A DNA stretch of 51,620 nt from Bdellovibrionota bacterium (GTDB lineage: Bacteria > Bdellovibrionota_C > UBA2361 > JBIIDM01), in NCBI GenBank assembly GCA_044238365.1, contig JBIIDM010000004.1, positions 1 to 51,620 of the forward strand, given 5' to 3'. Position 1 is the first letter of the stretch, and each line of letters opens with the position of its first letter. Under the pieces are notes generated by a model. It worked only from the letters and a program-made list of their open reading frames with translations. It did not search any database and had not been told where the DNA came from. The position numbers were made by a program, and so were the translations under genes. Of this stretch, positions 19,643 through 29,702 are shown piece by piece.

Positions 19643-20614
19643 TTAAGGTGAGACCATAAATACAGATCTTAGTAGCACCTGATAAAGCCCATATGAAAGG
19701 ATCGCGGCCAACGCAGGAATCCAGTAATACTCAGTCGTGTAATTGTGTTGACGCTCCTTCTCTGAACTGGATTCGAGTTTGCTGATCTCATTATAAACCC
19801 CCCTAAGAGCGTTCAAGTCCTGCGCATTAAAGTAGACCCCTCTTGTCGCGGTTGCAATTTTTTTCAAGGTGTCTTCGTCAAAATCAGCCTGCGCAGCACT
19901 TCCTACTCCGATGGTATGCACTTTGATTCCGAATTTTTGGGCAAGTTTTGCTGCTTCTATTGGATTAAGCTTACCTGAGTTGTTTGCCCCATCGGTGAGA
20001 AGAATGATTGCGCGGCTCTCGTTTTTTAGGTTCGCAGTTCGCTTGACACCGAGACCGAGGCCATCACCTATTGCGGTGCCATTTCCAGCGATGCCGGGTC
20101 TTAATTGTTCCAGCAAGCTGAGAATAACCTTGTGATCAAGGGTCAGAGGTGCCTGAAGAAACGCTCCGTTTCCGAAAACAACCAAACCTATTCTGTCATC
20201 TGCTCGTTGTTCAACAAATTGTGATACGACGCTTTGAACCGCTTCAAGCCTGCTTATAGTATATTGGTTCGTAAGAAAGTCCGGAGTTGACATGCTTTCA
20301 GATACATCCAGCACTAACATAAGGTTTTTTCGTGATTTTTCATCTACTACAGTATGGACGCGATAGGGACGGCTCGCGCCAAGAGCCATAAATATCAACG
20401 TGAGCACAGAAAGGCAGGCTAGTACTGGTCTTCGGGCGCTCTCTCTGATATCTACAGGATATTTCTTGTTATCCGACAAGTCAGGGAGGGCAGCATACGC
20501 AACGGCTGTTCTCGTGCTAAACCTATTGATAATCAGCCGGACAATTGGGAGTGCGATCGGGATCACAAGGAAGATGGGGTGTCCGAGAATCAATGGGGTG
20601 TTTGGGTTGGTCAT
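19643..20614 (-). CDS. BatA-like von Willebrand factor A domain membrane protein
   Basis: MIDAS DVSESM, DRIGLVVF, APLTLDH, GTAIGDGL, LLTDGANN; N- and C-terminal TM segments. Confidence 0.92.
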   Translation of the reverse strand: MTNPNTPLILGHPIFLVIPIALPIVRLIINRFSTRTAVAYAALPDLSDNKKYPVDIRESARRPVLACLSVLTLIFMALGASRPYRVHTVVDEKSRKNLMLVLDVSESMSTPDFLTNQYTISRLEAVQSVVSQFVEQRADDRIGLVVFGNGAFLQAPLTLDHKVILSLLEQLRPGIAGNGTAIGDGLGLGVKRTANLKNESRAIILLTDGANNSGKLNPIEAAKLAQKFGIKVHTIGVGSAAQADFDEDTLKKIATATRGVYFNAQDLNALRGVYNEISKLESSSEKERQHNYTTEYYWIPALAAILSYGLYQVLLRSVFMVSP

Positions 20615-20629
20615 AACTGTACCTTTCTA

Positions 20630-20657
20630 ACCTGGGTTTTTTACTTCGAACTCAGGT
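20630..20657. repeat. Minimal family A remnant (two ends joined)
   Basis: ACCTGGGTT...TTACTTCGAACTCAGGT in the short gap between two moxR-cluster genes. Confidence 0.7.
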
Positions 20658-20660
20658 TTA

Positions 20661-21176
20661 TCATGCTTTAATGGGAGAGGTTCGTCTGCTTGTTTTTTCC
20701 TCGTTTTGTTGGCGCATCATCATGTCTCTTATAAGGCGAGCAATCGCATCGATGTTTTGCGTTTCCTGCGAGACATTTCCGGAGAAGCGCGAATGTTCCA
20801 GTTCGGTCAGGTGCCTGGCAAGTTCGTGCATCTCTGTCAAGCCACAGTTCGCGTTGCTCGATTGCAGAAAATCTTCCACCTCCGTCGCTGATAGCGCAAG
20901 AAAGTCTTGATCAGGAAAATATAACTGCAAGGCCCGTTTTATGATACTGGAGCTACGAGTCGCCACGGAAGCACTTGCATTTTGGGTAACTCCGTCGAGC
21001 TCCTTAAGCAAAACCTGATATGCCCTGGTTCTTGAGCTTTTTCTCTTCCTAGAAAGAAATAGTACGACAGTGAACGCAAAGATCGTGAGGACTCCGACCC
21101 AGAGCCACTCCTGTCCGCCCGGTTCGTAGGTAAACTGAGGCTGTATCGTTATGGGGTAGGGTGTTTCTTCGTTCAT
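20661..21176 (-). CDS. MoxR-cluster single-TM protein (DUF4381-like)
   Basis: TM helix followed by basic run RKRKSSR and helical domain; position between DUF58 and vWA genes. Confidence 0.7.
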   Translation of the reverse strand: MNEETPYPITIQPQFTYEPGGQEWLWVGVLTIFAFTVVLFLSRKRKSSRTRAYQVLLKELDGVTQNASASVATRSSSIIKRALQLYFPDQDFLALSATEVEDFLQSSNANCGLTEMHELARHLTELEHSRFSGNVSQETQNIDAIARLIRDMMMRQQNEEKTSRRTSPIKA

Positions 21177-22084
21177 TAGAGTGACGTTCTTCGGAGGAAT
21201 TTCATAAGTGACTGACCTACATCATCCTGTAGTGTAACATAGGTCCCGCGATGAGCTGCACATAGTGATGCAATAGTATCACGATGCGTAAGCTGCTCCT
21301 GGGTGAGAAAAGATCGCATCTTTTCTGATGAAGAGTTAATAATGCGCGAGATACCTGTTTCAGAATCCATCACTCGTGTAAGTCCAGCTCGGGGAAGCCA
21401 GGACTCGATTGAGGGCGAGATGTGCATACAGATGATCTTGTGGGCGGCTCCAATATGCTTAAGGCAGTCGCGAATCGCCTCGTGGTCAGGGGTAATAAAG
21501 TCGGATATAATGAACACGAGTGACGGGCGCCGAAGTTTGTTTTTAAGCAGTGTTGTTACTGCTCTAAAGTCAGTACCGGTGCGCTGGCGTACAGCGGAAT
21601 AAGTGAACGAATTTAAAGAGTGGAGTAACTGGGTTACCTGATGCCAATGAACCTTCGTCGATGAGGGGTCAGTAGCGGTCAGCGGACCATCCCCAAATAG
21701 TGATAAGCCGAATTCATCATGACTCTCACGAGCAAGAAATGCCAGCGATGCGGCTGCCTGAACGGCGTGCTGATGATGGATTGGTGTAAAGCAGTGGGAG
21801 AGGGATGAGGATACATCAACACAGGCCATTATTCGTAGCTGTCTCTCCTCTTCATAGCTTTTTACATAGGTGCGATCGTTCCGCGCGCTGGATTTCCAGT
21901 CAATTCGTCTAATATCATCTCCGGCACTGTATTCTCGAAGCTCAGTAAAGTTCAGGCCGGTACCCTTGAAGCGCGAGATATATTGGCCGACGAAATCGCT
22001 GCCGCCCGAGTCGTTGATTCGAATTCGGGAACGGCGCAAGGTCTCCTTGATACGCGGTGGAAGTAGACTTTCCAAGGTGCTCAT
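21176..22084 (-). CDS. DUF58 family protein (vWA-like)
   Basis: G.Y.SRFKGTG..F.ELREY..GDDIRRIDWK.SAR, DVSSS, ISDF; start at ATG 22084. Confidence 0.93.
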   Translation of the reverse strand: MSTLESLLPPRIKETLRRSRIRINDSGGSDFVGQYISRFKGTGLNFTELREYSAGDDIRRIDWKSSARNDRTYVKSYEEERQLRIMACVDVSSSLSHCFTPIHHQHAVQAAASLAFLARESHDEFGLSLFGDGPLTATDPSSTKVHWHQVTQLLHSLNSFTYSAVRQRTGTDFRAVTTLLKNKLRRPSLVFIISDFITPDHEAIRDCLKHIGAAHKIICMHISPSIESWLPRAGLTRVMDSETGISRIINSSSEKMRSFLTQEQLTHRDTIASLCAAHRGTYVTLQDDVGQSLMKFLRRTSL

Positions 22085-22095
22085 ACTCTTCAACT

Positions 22096-23115
22096 TCAGG
22101 GTGTAGGGATTTTAGCGAGAAGTGATGTTATGACGCCATCGGAAATCAATCCGTCACCAATGGCATCAAATGTAAGAAGAATGCGATGGCGGAGAATATC
22201 AGGAGCGAGGTCCTTTATGTCATCGGGGGTTACAAATTTTCGACCTTTTAAATAGGCGAGCGCTCTCGCGCAATGTTTGAGAGCCAGGCTTGCACGCGGT
22301 GAAGCTCCCCAGGCAATCGTGGACTTCATACCAAATTCGGACGGGTTGCGGGTGGCGTGAACCAATCGAACGATGTACGTATCGATCCGCGGGTCAACAT
22401 ATAGCATGCTTACCTCCTCGGAAATTTTGAGAAGCTCGGTGGGAGTCAGAACTGATGTAATTTCAGACTTATTGTTTTGCCCCTCTTTAGCGAGCATACC
22501 CGCGTGGAGACTTAATATCTTAAGTTCTTCGTCGAAGGACGGGTATCCCACTTTCAATTTCATCAGGAATCGGTCGAGTTGGGCTTCGGGTAGTTCATAG
22601 GTTCCGCTCTGTTCGATCGGGTTTTGAGTTGCTAGAACCATGAAAGGTTTAGGCAGCTGGTGCCGCACCCCAGCAATCGAGACGTGGTGTTCAGCCATTG
22701 CTTCGAGAAGGGCCGACTGTACCTTTGCAGGGGCTCTATTTATTTCATCAGCCAGCAGTAAATTGGTAAATACCGGGCCTTTGCGGAGGACAAACTCTCC
22801 CGTCTGGGGACGGTACACTTCGGTGCCAATGATGTCCGCCGGAAGGAGGTCCGGGGTAAATTGTACACGGTCCATTTTCCCCGCAATAGCGCTGCTCAGG
22901 CACATTAATGTCTTGGTTTTTGCCAAACCGGGCACGCCTTCTAACAGTACATGGCCTTGCACTATTAGTGCTATAAGTAACCTGTCAAGAAGATGATCCT
23001 GTCCAATGATAACCTTGGAGATTTCGCTTTTAACCGATGCAATTGGGCTGAACGTTAACGGTTCGGTATTTGGCGAACTTGAGTCCGAAGCGAATGAAGA
23101 AGAGCTGGAAAACAT
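22096..23115 (-). CDS. MoxR family AAA+ ATPase
   Basis: HVLLEGVPGLAKT, QFTPDLLPAD, LADEINRAPAKVQSALLEAM, ATQNPIEQ.GTY.LPEAQLDRF. Confidence 0.97.
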   Translation of the reverse strand: MFSSSSSFASDSSSPNTEPLTFSPIASVKSEISKVIIGQDHLLDRLLIALIVQGHVLLEGVPGLAKTKTLMCLSSAIAGKMDRVQFTPDLLPADIIGTEVYRPQTGEFVLRKGPVFTNLLLADEINRAPAKVQSALLEAMAEHHVSIAGVRHQLPKPFMVLATQNPIEQSGTYELPEAQLDRFLMKLKVGYPSFDEELKILSLHAGMLAKEGQNNKSEITSVLTPTELLKISEEVSMLYVDPRIDTYIVRLVHATRNPSEFGMKSTIAWGASPRASLALKHCARALAYLKGRKFVTPDDIKDLAPDILRHRILLTFDAIGDGLISDGVITSLLAKIPTP

Positions 23116-23222
23116 ATTTATCCTAATTACTTAATCAAATTTATAGGTTTGTAAGATTTCGCTTTATTCCCGGTTTCATTGAAATTTAACCGGTATCTAG
23201 TTGGACTGGGTACAGTAGCGCT

Positions 23223-24206
23223 TCACCAGTGCGCCGGTAACTTTCCCTGTTTCTTTAACGCGGCTATTATATCATCTCTCATTGCTACCGTGGCATTACG
23301 CACTGCGGTGGTCCACGGTGCTGTAGAGGAGGCATTACGAAATGCATATAGAATACTTCTCGAAGCATTGATAACGGCGCCGTATCCGTCACGCTGAAAG
23401 GCATCAACTACTGAATTCGCATCGCCTCCCTGTGCACCGTACCCGGGTACGAGAAAAATAGTACGAGGCATATGTTGACGGAGTATTCTGGCTTCCTCGG
23501 GGTAAGTGGCGCCAACAACCGCGCCAATTTTTGAATACCCTCGTGACCCGAGAAGTTCACTACCCTTACTTTTTACCATTGATGCAACACTTTGCCAGAG
23601 TGGTTCTCCCCGACTTGTGATGATATCCTGAAATTCTCCAGCAGATGGGTTGGATGTTTTTACCAATACAAATATGCCCTGAGGATGATCTTGTATTATT
23701 TCAAGGAATGGATCAATTCCGTCGCTTCCGAGATACGGCGACACGGTGAGCCAGTCGCACCTATGTGGTGTCGGCGTATTGTTTTTTTCAGTAAGTCCTT
23801 TCAACGAATCGCCAATTAGCTCAATGCTGCCCAAATGGGCCCGGGCGTAGGCCTCGCACGTTGATCCGATATCATTGCGCTTGGCATCGGTTATTACTAT
23901 AAGTTTATGCTGGTGGGCATGATGGATGACGCGCTCGAATGCGGCAATTCCGTGAGAGCCGTACTGTTCAAAGAAGGCTATCTGTGGCTTCACTATGCCT
24001 ACTAGGTCCTTCACCTGGTCAATTGTTTCTTTACAAAATAATTCAATTGCCTTAGCGGTTCCCTCGATCGTATTTCCATATTCGGATAGTACCGATTGCC
24101 TTATCTCATCTGGTAGTTGGGAGACCCTTGGGTCTAGGCCAACAACGCATGGATTCGCCTTTGCGTCGATAGCTTCAATGAGCAGATCGGCTCCGTGTAT
24201 AGTCAT
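23223..24206 (-). CDS. pyrF: Orotidine-5'-phosphate decarboxylase (subfamily 2)
   Basis: VGLDP, KPQIAFFE, DAKRNDIGST, GAVVGATYP, LVPGYGAQGG, INASRSI. Confidence 0.96.
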   Translation of the reverse strand: MTIHGADLLIEAIDAKANPCVVGLDPRVSQLPDEIRQSVLSEYGNTIEGTAKAIELFCKETIDQVKDLVGIVKPQIAFFEQYGSHGIAAFERVIHHAHQHKLIVITDAKRNDIGSTCEAYARAHLGSIELIGDSLKGLTEKNNTPTPHRCDWLTVSPYLGSDGIDPFLEIIQDHPQGIFVLVKTSNPSAGEFQDIITSRGEPLWQSVASMVKSKGSELLGSRGYSKIGAVVGATYPEEARILRQHMPRTIFLVPGYGAQGGDANSVVDAFQRDGYGAVINASRSILYAFRNASSTAPWTTAVRNATVAMRDDIIAALKKQGKLPAHW

Positions 24207-24250
24207 ATATGCCTCGTTATAGCAAAAATTAGTCGGACAGTTTCTTCACA

Positions 24251-24550
24251 TTATTCATGGGTTAGGGAGTACTCTGTTTTTTTACTTGGAGTCAAGACGA
24301 AACCTGTCGACCCTATAGGCATCCTATATGATGAAGGGTCGCGGGAGTGGGTGCCATCAACTAGTGTTTTAGTTAATTGTTTGAGGTGTTGAGCCTTTTG
24401 GGCAAGTTGTGATACCCTCTCCGTAAGATTGGTTTCAGATGATCGTAAGATATGTCGCGAGGTGTCAGTTCGGATTACGTCGATTCTGGCAGTTGAGTGA
24501 TACGCTTTGCCTGTATTCGTGCTGTGTGTTTTGCGAATGGGCAGGGTCAT
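24251..24550 (-). CDS. Possible small hypothetical protein
   Basis: 99-aa ATG ORF directly upstream of and co-oriented with pyrF; no motif. Confidence 0.3.
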   Translation of the reverse strand: MTLPIRKTHSTNTGKAYHSTARIDVIRTDTSRHILRSSETNLTERVSQLAQKAQHLKQLTKTLVDGTHSRDPSSYRMPIGSTGFVLTPSKKTEYSLTHE

Positions 24551-25224
24551 TTGTTCGCGATTATTTGAGTGCTTTGTTGCACGTTACTGTTTCCTTGCAC
24601 CGAATCCCTTGTGGGCGCTTTGTTAGTATGCTTGCATTTGGGTTTGGACAGTCAGGTTGTAATTGGTCTCCAGAGAAAGGTAGTGGTCCGAGAGATATAT
24701 CTTGGAAGGTGACTCTTAGTCATTGTTAATAATGTCGGTGGAGTCTGTACGCCTGTTTGTGGGTCTTCAGTAACTTAAGTGTGGGTATGCTGTAACCTGG
24801 GAGGGCCTGAAGTTCTCCTGCTGGTTGATGGCGTTTCAGCGTTGTTACTCGAATTGGGCGTCTTCTAACGAGGACAGTCTTTTTTGTATGGGCAGCTGGA
24901 CCTCATTTGTTGTAACGAAGCTTTTGGACAATGGTAATGGTGAAGCCTAAGTACCTTTTTGCGAGTTTAATTGCAGTTGTCCCTGATTCTTTAGCGCTTT
25001 CCCATGGGTCACTCGCTCTCTTGAAGAACGAGTCCTTGTGGAGGAGTGAAAAGGCAGGGCCCACGTTCGCAGGAGGTTTTCTCTATTCACTTCCAGCAAT
25101 ATTGGCGTAGAATTGTGGTCTGCCCTTGTGGCGGGAACTCATATTTGCGTGACGACGTTTCGTGTTGTAAGAATTGCAGCCTGAATAGGGGGGAATATCC
25201 AGAGCCCTTTGTGAGAGCTTAATA

Positions 25225-25875
25225 ATGGACTATAAAAATTTGTACCGCAGTGCCCTAGTAGTTTTAGCAGTAATAATTGGTGGTATTGGTGGTAGTGGAT
25301 TCGTAAGTCAGGCATCGGCCAACCCTGTGTATGTTTTTCGACAGGCTGATGGAACGATTCGATTTTCAACGTCAAAGCCTAATGGTGTTGACGCAAAGGT
25401 TTTTACGGCAAGCGGTAGTAAGTTTAGTATGGTTAGGAGTTTGACGTCGTACGGTGGCTGGGATTTTTCAAAGCGTCTATATAAAGAAAAATACGATTCT
25501 GTAATTCGACTAACGGCTGAGAAGTATAGTGTTGATCCTGCCTTGGTAAAAGCGGTTATACACGCAGAGTCTCGTTTTAATCCGGGAGCAGTTTCGCGCC
25601 GGGGTGCGATGGGGCTTATGCAGTTAATGCCCTCAACCGCAAGAATATTGGGTGTTCGGCACCCGTTTTCTATAAGTGACAACATTGAAGGTGGGGTTAA
25701 GTATTTAGCCAAGCTTTTGAAGTTGTTTAAGGGGAACGTTCATCACTCTATTGCGGCCTATAATGCTGGAGAAGGGGCGGTGGCTAAATATGGTGGCGTA
25801 CCTCCGTACAGGGAAACGAGAGCGTATGTGCAAAAAGTCTTATCATTAGTTGAGCAGTATAGGGCTAGGGTGTAA
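25225..25875 (+). CDS. Soluble lytic transglycosylase (SLT domain) with signal peptide
   Basis: AVIHAESRFNP (catalytic Glu), GAMGLMQLMP, AAYNAGEGAV, PPYRETRAYV; N-terminal DUF4124-like VY...DG...F. Confidence 0.95.
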   Translation: MDYKNLYRSALVVLAVIIGGIGGSGFVSQASANPVYVFRQADGTIRFSTSKPNGVDAKVFTASGSKFSMVRSLTSYGGWDFSKRLYKEKYDSVIRLTAEKYSVDPALVKAVIHAESRFNPGAVSRRGAMGLMQLMPSTARILGVRHPFSISDNIEGGVKYLAKLLKLFKGNVHHSIAAYNAGEGAVAKYGGVPPYRETRAYVQKVLSLVEQYRARV

Positions 25876-25897
25876 ACAAAGCTCTAGGAAAGGAGCT

Positions 25898-25937
25898 CCG
25901 GTATAAGTGGTTGACATTCGTCATCCACTTATACCGG
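25898..25937. terminator. Strong hairpin downstream of slt, overlapping a family B end
   Basis: CCGGTATAAGTGG-TTGAC-ATTC-GTCAT-CCACTTATACCGG followed by TTT. Confidence 0.55.
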
Positions 25938-26075
25938 TTTCATCTCAAAATGATCAGAAAATATGAGGAACGTCAATTTCTCTGTTTTCGAATTAATTTT
26001 TATCGTAATTAGTGTAACTGCTTAGTACCCAGATAAAGTAATAGCAGCTACGGATTAGGGTGTGGGCAGTGTGAC

Positions 26076-26666
26076 ATGAATATACGTAGGGCATTGCCGA
26101 ATTTTCTAACGTTATTTCGAGTTCTTGTAGTGCCAGTTTTGGTTGTGTGTTTCATGCAGGGTACTACATCGAGCCGGTATTTTGCGGTAGGTTTGTTTAT
26201 TTTCGCAGCGGTTACTGATTTTCTGGATGGGTACCTTGCTCGACGCTGGAAGGTCACCTCGACTTTCGGTGCTCTTATCGACCCGCTTGCCGACAAACTG
26301 TTAGTGATGGCCGCACTAGTCATGCTTGTTGATTTACAAGAACCTCTTACCGCCAGATCGGTTCTTCCGGGATGGATAGCAGTTATGATTCTGGCTCGGG
26401 AAATTTGGATTACAGGGTTACGTGGTTGGGCTGCGACCATGGGGGAAGTTCTGAGTGCAAGCTGGAGTGGAAAGGTAAAAACGGCCTTGCAGCTTACGGC
26501 CATTCCTTTAGTGGCGCTTTACGATATTGAGTTTTCGTTTGGGGGGGGGCTGGTTATTTCACTTCAAATAATCGGACTGGAGCTTTTGCTCATATCTATT
26601 GCGGTGTCGTATTGGGGCGCAATTGAATACACTCTTAAGGTGATAGAACGGGCACAGGCGCATTAA
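26076..26666 (+). CDS. pgsA: CDP-diacylglycerol-glycerol-3-phosphate 3-phosphatidyltransferase
   Basis: LPNFLT, TDFLDGYLARR....TFGA..DPLADK, RE..ITGLR, GKVKTA.Q. Confidence 0.95.
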   Translation: MNIRRALPNFLTLFRVLVVPVLVVCFMQGTTSSRYFAVGLFIFAAVTDFLDGYLARRWKVTSTFGALIDPLADKLLVMAALVMLVDLQEPLTARSVLPGWIAVMILAREIWITGLRGWAATMGEVLSASWSGKVKTALQLTAIPLVALYDIEFSFGGGLVISLQIIGLELLLISIAVSYWGAIEYTLKVIERAQAH

Positions 26667-26774
26667 GGGTATACTTATTTTGTAATTGGTCATGCCCTAA
26701 GAGTCTTTTAAATCACTCAAATAATTTATGAAAATTTCTTTTCTCTCTAGGGTGTGATTAGTTACATAGAATTT

Positions 26775-28835
26775 TTATTGACACTCGCCCACTGGAACAA
26801 CACAAAAGATGCCCCAATCTGCATGATTAATAAGTGGCCTGAAGATGGCGGGGGAGGAGGTGAGTATCTGCATCTCTACGGATCTTGGTTTTAATGAAAG
26901 CACGTAGCCAATTTTTTCCGATACCAACTTATTAATCCATTTGTCACTGGCGGCAGCGGCTTCTTTTGCGTCGGGAAAGAGCACTGCTTTGCCCGATTCA
27001 ACAGGCACGGGAGGAACGTAAAGTAGTGTATTTTGAAAGTTGAAGCCGAGAAAATGAAATAACAGGTGATTAGTAAGACGTTGATAAGGACCAGCGGTCA
27101 CAGCGATTTTATGGCCTTTTCCGAAGTATATTGAACTGGGAAGTGCTTGCACCCAATAATACTCTGGATTAACCTTCTCGGTGAGTTTAAAGTAGTCCAA
27201 CACAGGATTCGCGCGTAAGTATGTCGCTAAAGCAGTGCATAGTGACAACAAGACGATGGTGATACCAACCCGTAGATATCGGGAACGAAGTCGTATGAGG
27301 TAGAGTGCGATTGGTATTGTAGCAAAGAGTAGTAGGAGGAATTGTGTACCGCTTACGGGGTAGTATCGGGTGCGGGGTACCGCATTGAGTATGAGAAATG
27401 TTATCAATATAATAGGAATTAAGTACCAGAGAATATTCCGTGAGGGTCGCTCAAAAATGAAGAAGAGCGCCGAAACAGAATGGAGTAAGTAGCGACCCGA
27501 ATGGTAAAATACTCGGTTTAGCCTCATTGATGGCATTAACAGGGCAATAAGTCCACTAAAAAAAGTAGTTAGGCATAGTGTCGTTGCAAGTTTAGATCTA
27601 CGATAGGCAACCGGAATGGTGATAAAAAGAAGAACCAGCTCGGCACACCCCAAATAGCCGAACGCCAACCTGTGCCAGGAAAGGAAAAGTTGGGAGAGTT
27701 GCCCAACTTCTTCGAACAGTACATAGGGGACTGATTCAACACGACTCATATACCATTCTAGTGCCTGCGGTGCGTTGCCAAATCGAATTCCCAAGAATGA
27801 TACGGGTAGAGGAGAAAGCGGTAAGCCAGTTTCGCGTAAACTGTAAATAATCCAGGGTAGTGACGGTAGCAAAAATGACAGGCAAAATACCGTCAACGTC
27901 TTAAGCGCTGTCCTAGGATACTTCACAGCAACAAAACAAACAAAAAGTCCAAATACTGCGATTTGGGGTAGGATTATTGGTTTAATTCCGTAGCCAATTC
28001 CGAGAGAAAGTCCACACAGCCCTAAGCTATTGAAGTTACGGTCTTTAAATGCCTCCAATAGAAAGAGTGTTGCGGCCATCATGAAGAATGCAAGTTCAGT
28101 TTCAGTTTGAGCAAACCCAACACCCTCGCGGAGCAGAGGTAACCACCATATCAAGAGAGCTTGAACCCACCTCCACTCCGGGTTGGACCTTTCGTATGTA
28201 TAGGCCCAGATTGGTAGTGGAAGTAAGAAAAAAAGGACGAAATCAAAAATACTAACTAGAACATCATTGTTTGTGCCTAACATAAGGTATGAGAACAAGA
28301 CTTCGGTGTTGGCAGGCATCAGTTTATAAAATTGCCATCCACCAGGTAGTGCGAATGTGAAGAGTCCCTCGTTTTGGACGAATAGAGCAGCCTTTAAGCC
28401 TCTATAGGCGACATAATCCCACCCGATTACTGGCAAAATACAGCTTGCTACCATATGCAAGAATGTCAGTGCTATGGTAATTACGGAAAGGATGCAAACT
28501 GGCGAGCTAGGCCGTAAATAAAATTTCTTGAAGAGCATGCTTTCGGATAATGGAATTTTCGTAGATTCTCCGCCTTGGGCATTGATATATTGGGAACTTA
28601 GAAAAAGCGATCCAAATACAAGAAATACATTTAAGTTGTTGAACTGATTGAGGGGAGCCAGTAGCCAAAATATCCCGAGTTCCAGAGCAACATAAAGCAC
28701 AATGCTGATGGTACCCCGAACCATAATGTTACGATCCTTGGCAATAAGTTGTGCCAGGCAGATGCTCGAGGATATTACGAACGCCTGGCTTGTAAGGGCT
28801 ATCAGGACGGCAATCAAAAAGTAGGTGTTTGGCAT
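26775..28835 (-). CDS. Polytopic membrane protein, probable GT-C fold glycosyltransferase
   Basis: Many TM helices; WD...Y first-loop motif (GWDYVAY), G.G.K motif, RYL late motif, C-terminal soluble domain. Confidence 0.6.
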   Translation of the reverse strand: MPNTYFLIAVLIALTSQAFVISSSICLAQLIAKDRNIMVRGTISIVLYVALELGIFWLLAPLNQFNNLNVFLVFGSLFLSSQYINAQGGESTKIPLSESMLFKKFYLRPSSPVCILSVITIALTFLHMVASCILPVIGWDYVAYRGLKAALFVQNEGLFTFALPGGWQFYKLMPANTEVLFSYLMLGTNNDVLVSIFDFVLFFLLPLPIWAYTYERSNPEWRWVQALLIWWLPLLREGVGFAQTETELAFFMMAATLFLLEAFKDRNFNSLGLCGLSLGIGYGIKPIILPQIAVFGLFVCFVAVKYPRTALKTLTVFCLSFLLPSLPWIIYSLRETGLPLSPLPVSFLGIRFGNAPQALEWYMSRVESVPYVLFEEVGQLSQLFLSWHRLAFGYLGCAELVLLFITIPVAYRRSKLATTLCLTTFFSGLIALLMPSMRLNRVFYHSGRYLLHSVSALFFIFERPSRNILWYLIPIILITFLILNAVPRTRYYPVSGTQFLLLLFATIPIALYLIRLRSRYLRVGITIVLLSLCTALATYLRANPVLDYFKLTEKVNPEYYWVQALPSSIYFGKGHKIAVTAGPYQRLTNHLLFHFLGFNFQNTLLYVPPVPVESGKAVLFPDAKEAAAASDKWINKLVSEKIGYVLSLKPRSVEMQILTSSPAIFRPLINHADWGIFCVVPVGECQ

Positions 28836-29285
28836 TAGGGCACCTTGGCGGACTTTAGTGTTTTAAACAAAGTTCTATATCTGGTTTATTTTTGAAAGGT
28901 TAAATCCTACGGCGGGCATACAGGCATAATTGGGTTCTTCGCCGCATGATTCTGATAACCTATTCTTGGGATGTTATGCACCAAGTTTTTCTTATCGGCC
29001 CGTCTAAACGATGCTCTAGGCTCCGCGAGAAGCAGGAGAGTAGGGATAGCTCCGACCGGGACCGTGACGCAATAAACACGGCGAGTTCACCGGCAGAACA
29101 GTAATCCAAATGAGACAGCGTCGTGCGATTTATATTCGGATTATTTACCAGCCGATACATGTACAGATAGTCAGTAAATAAAACATGCTAGAACAAATTC
29201 TTGACCTGTGATAACCTGTCGAAAATCAAATAAAAACTGAGTTTGTTCTCGGTACCTTAACCCCAGACGGCCCCTCCAAAATACA

Positions 29286-29614
29286 ATGTTTGAAACCTGA
29301 GTTCGACGTAAGAACAAAGGTAAGTGGTTGAAATTGCTTTAGATACGAGGCGTGCAGTGATATAAAAGCGCAGGCTAAAGCTTGCTACGTCGAGCATTTT
29401 ATAGCATGAGCAACGAAGTGAATGAAGTAATTTCAGCCAGTTACCGCAGTTCTTACGTCGAACTCAGGTTTGAAGACTCTATTTTTGGAAATGGCTATCT
29501 GCTTGTCCTTTCGGGGACTCTGCTCCGTAAGGGATATACCGGTTCCGCCTTTCTTATGGACCTTTGTTCTTACGTCGAACTGCAGGTTATGACTTTTTGA
29601 ATTGAAACCGGTAT
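29286..29614. repeat. Family B element interrupted by family A sequences
   Basis: 29472-29555 aligns with 35104-35200; right end TTTTGAATTGAAACCGGTAT is the inverse of 35079-35098; an extra family A right end lies at 29561-29587. Confidence 0.75.
29295..29469 (-). mobile_element. Family A MITE, inverted, with 5-bp target-site duplication TTGAA
   Basis: Perfect 21-bp TIRs ACCTGAGTTCGACGTAAGAAC; TTGAA at 29290-29294 and 29470-29474. Confidence 0.95.
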
Positions 29615-29702
29615 ACATCCGGATACATCCGATGCAGGGAATCTTCTGTGTCGTTTCCTCTGATAATTGGCTAGTATTTTTACCTTTAAGTGTCGCATGT
29701 TG

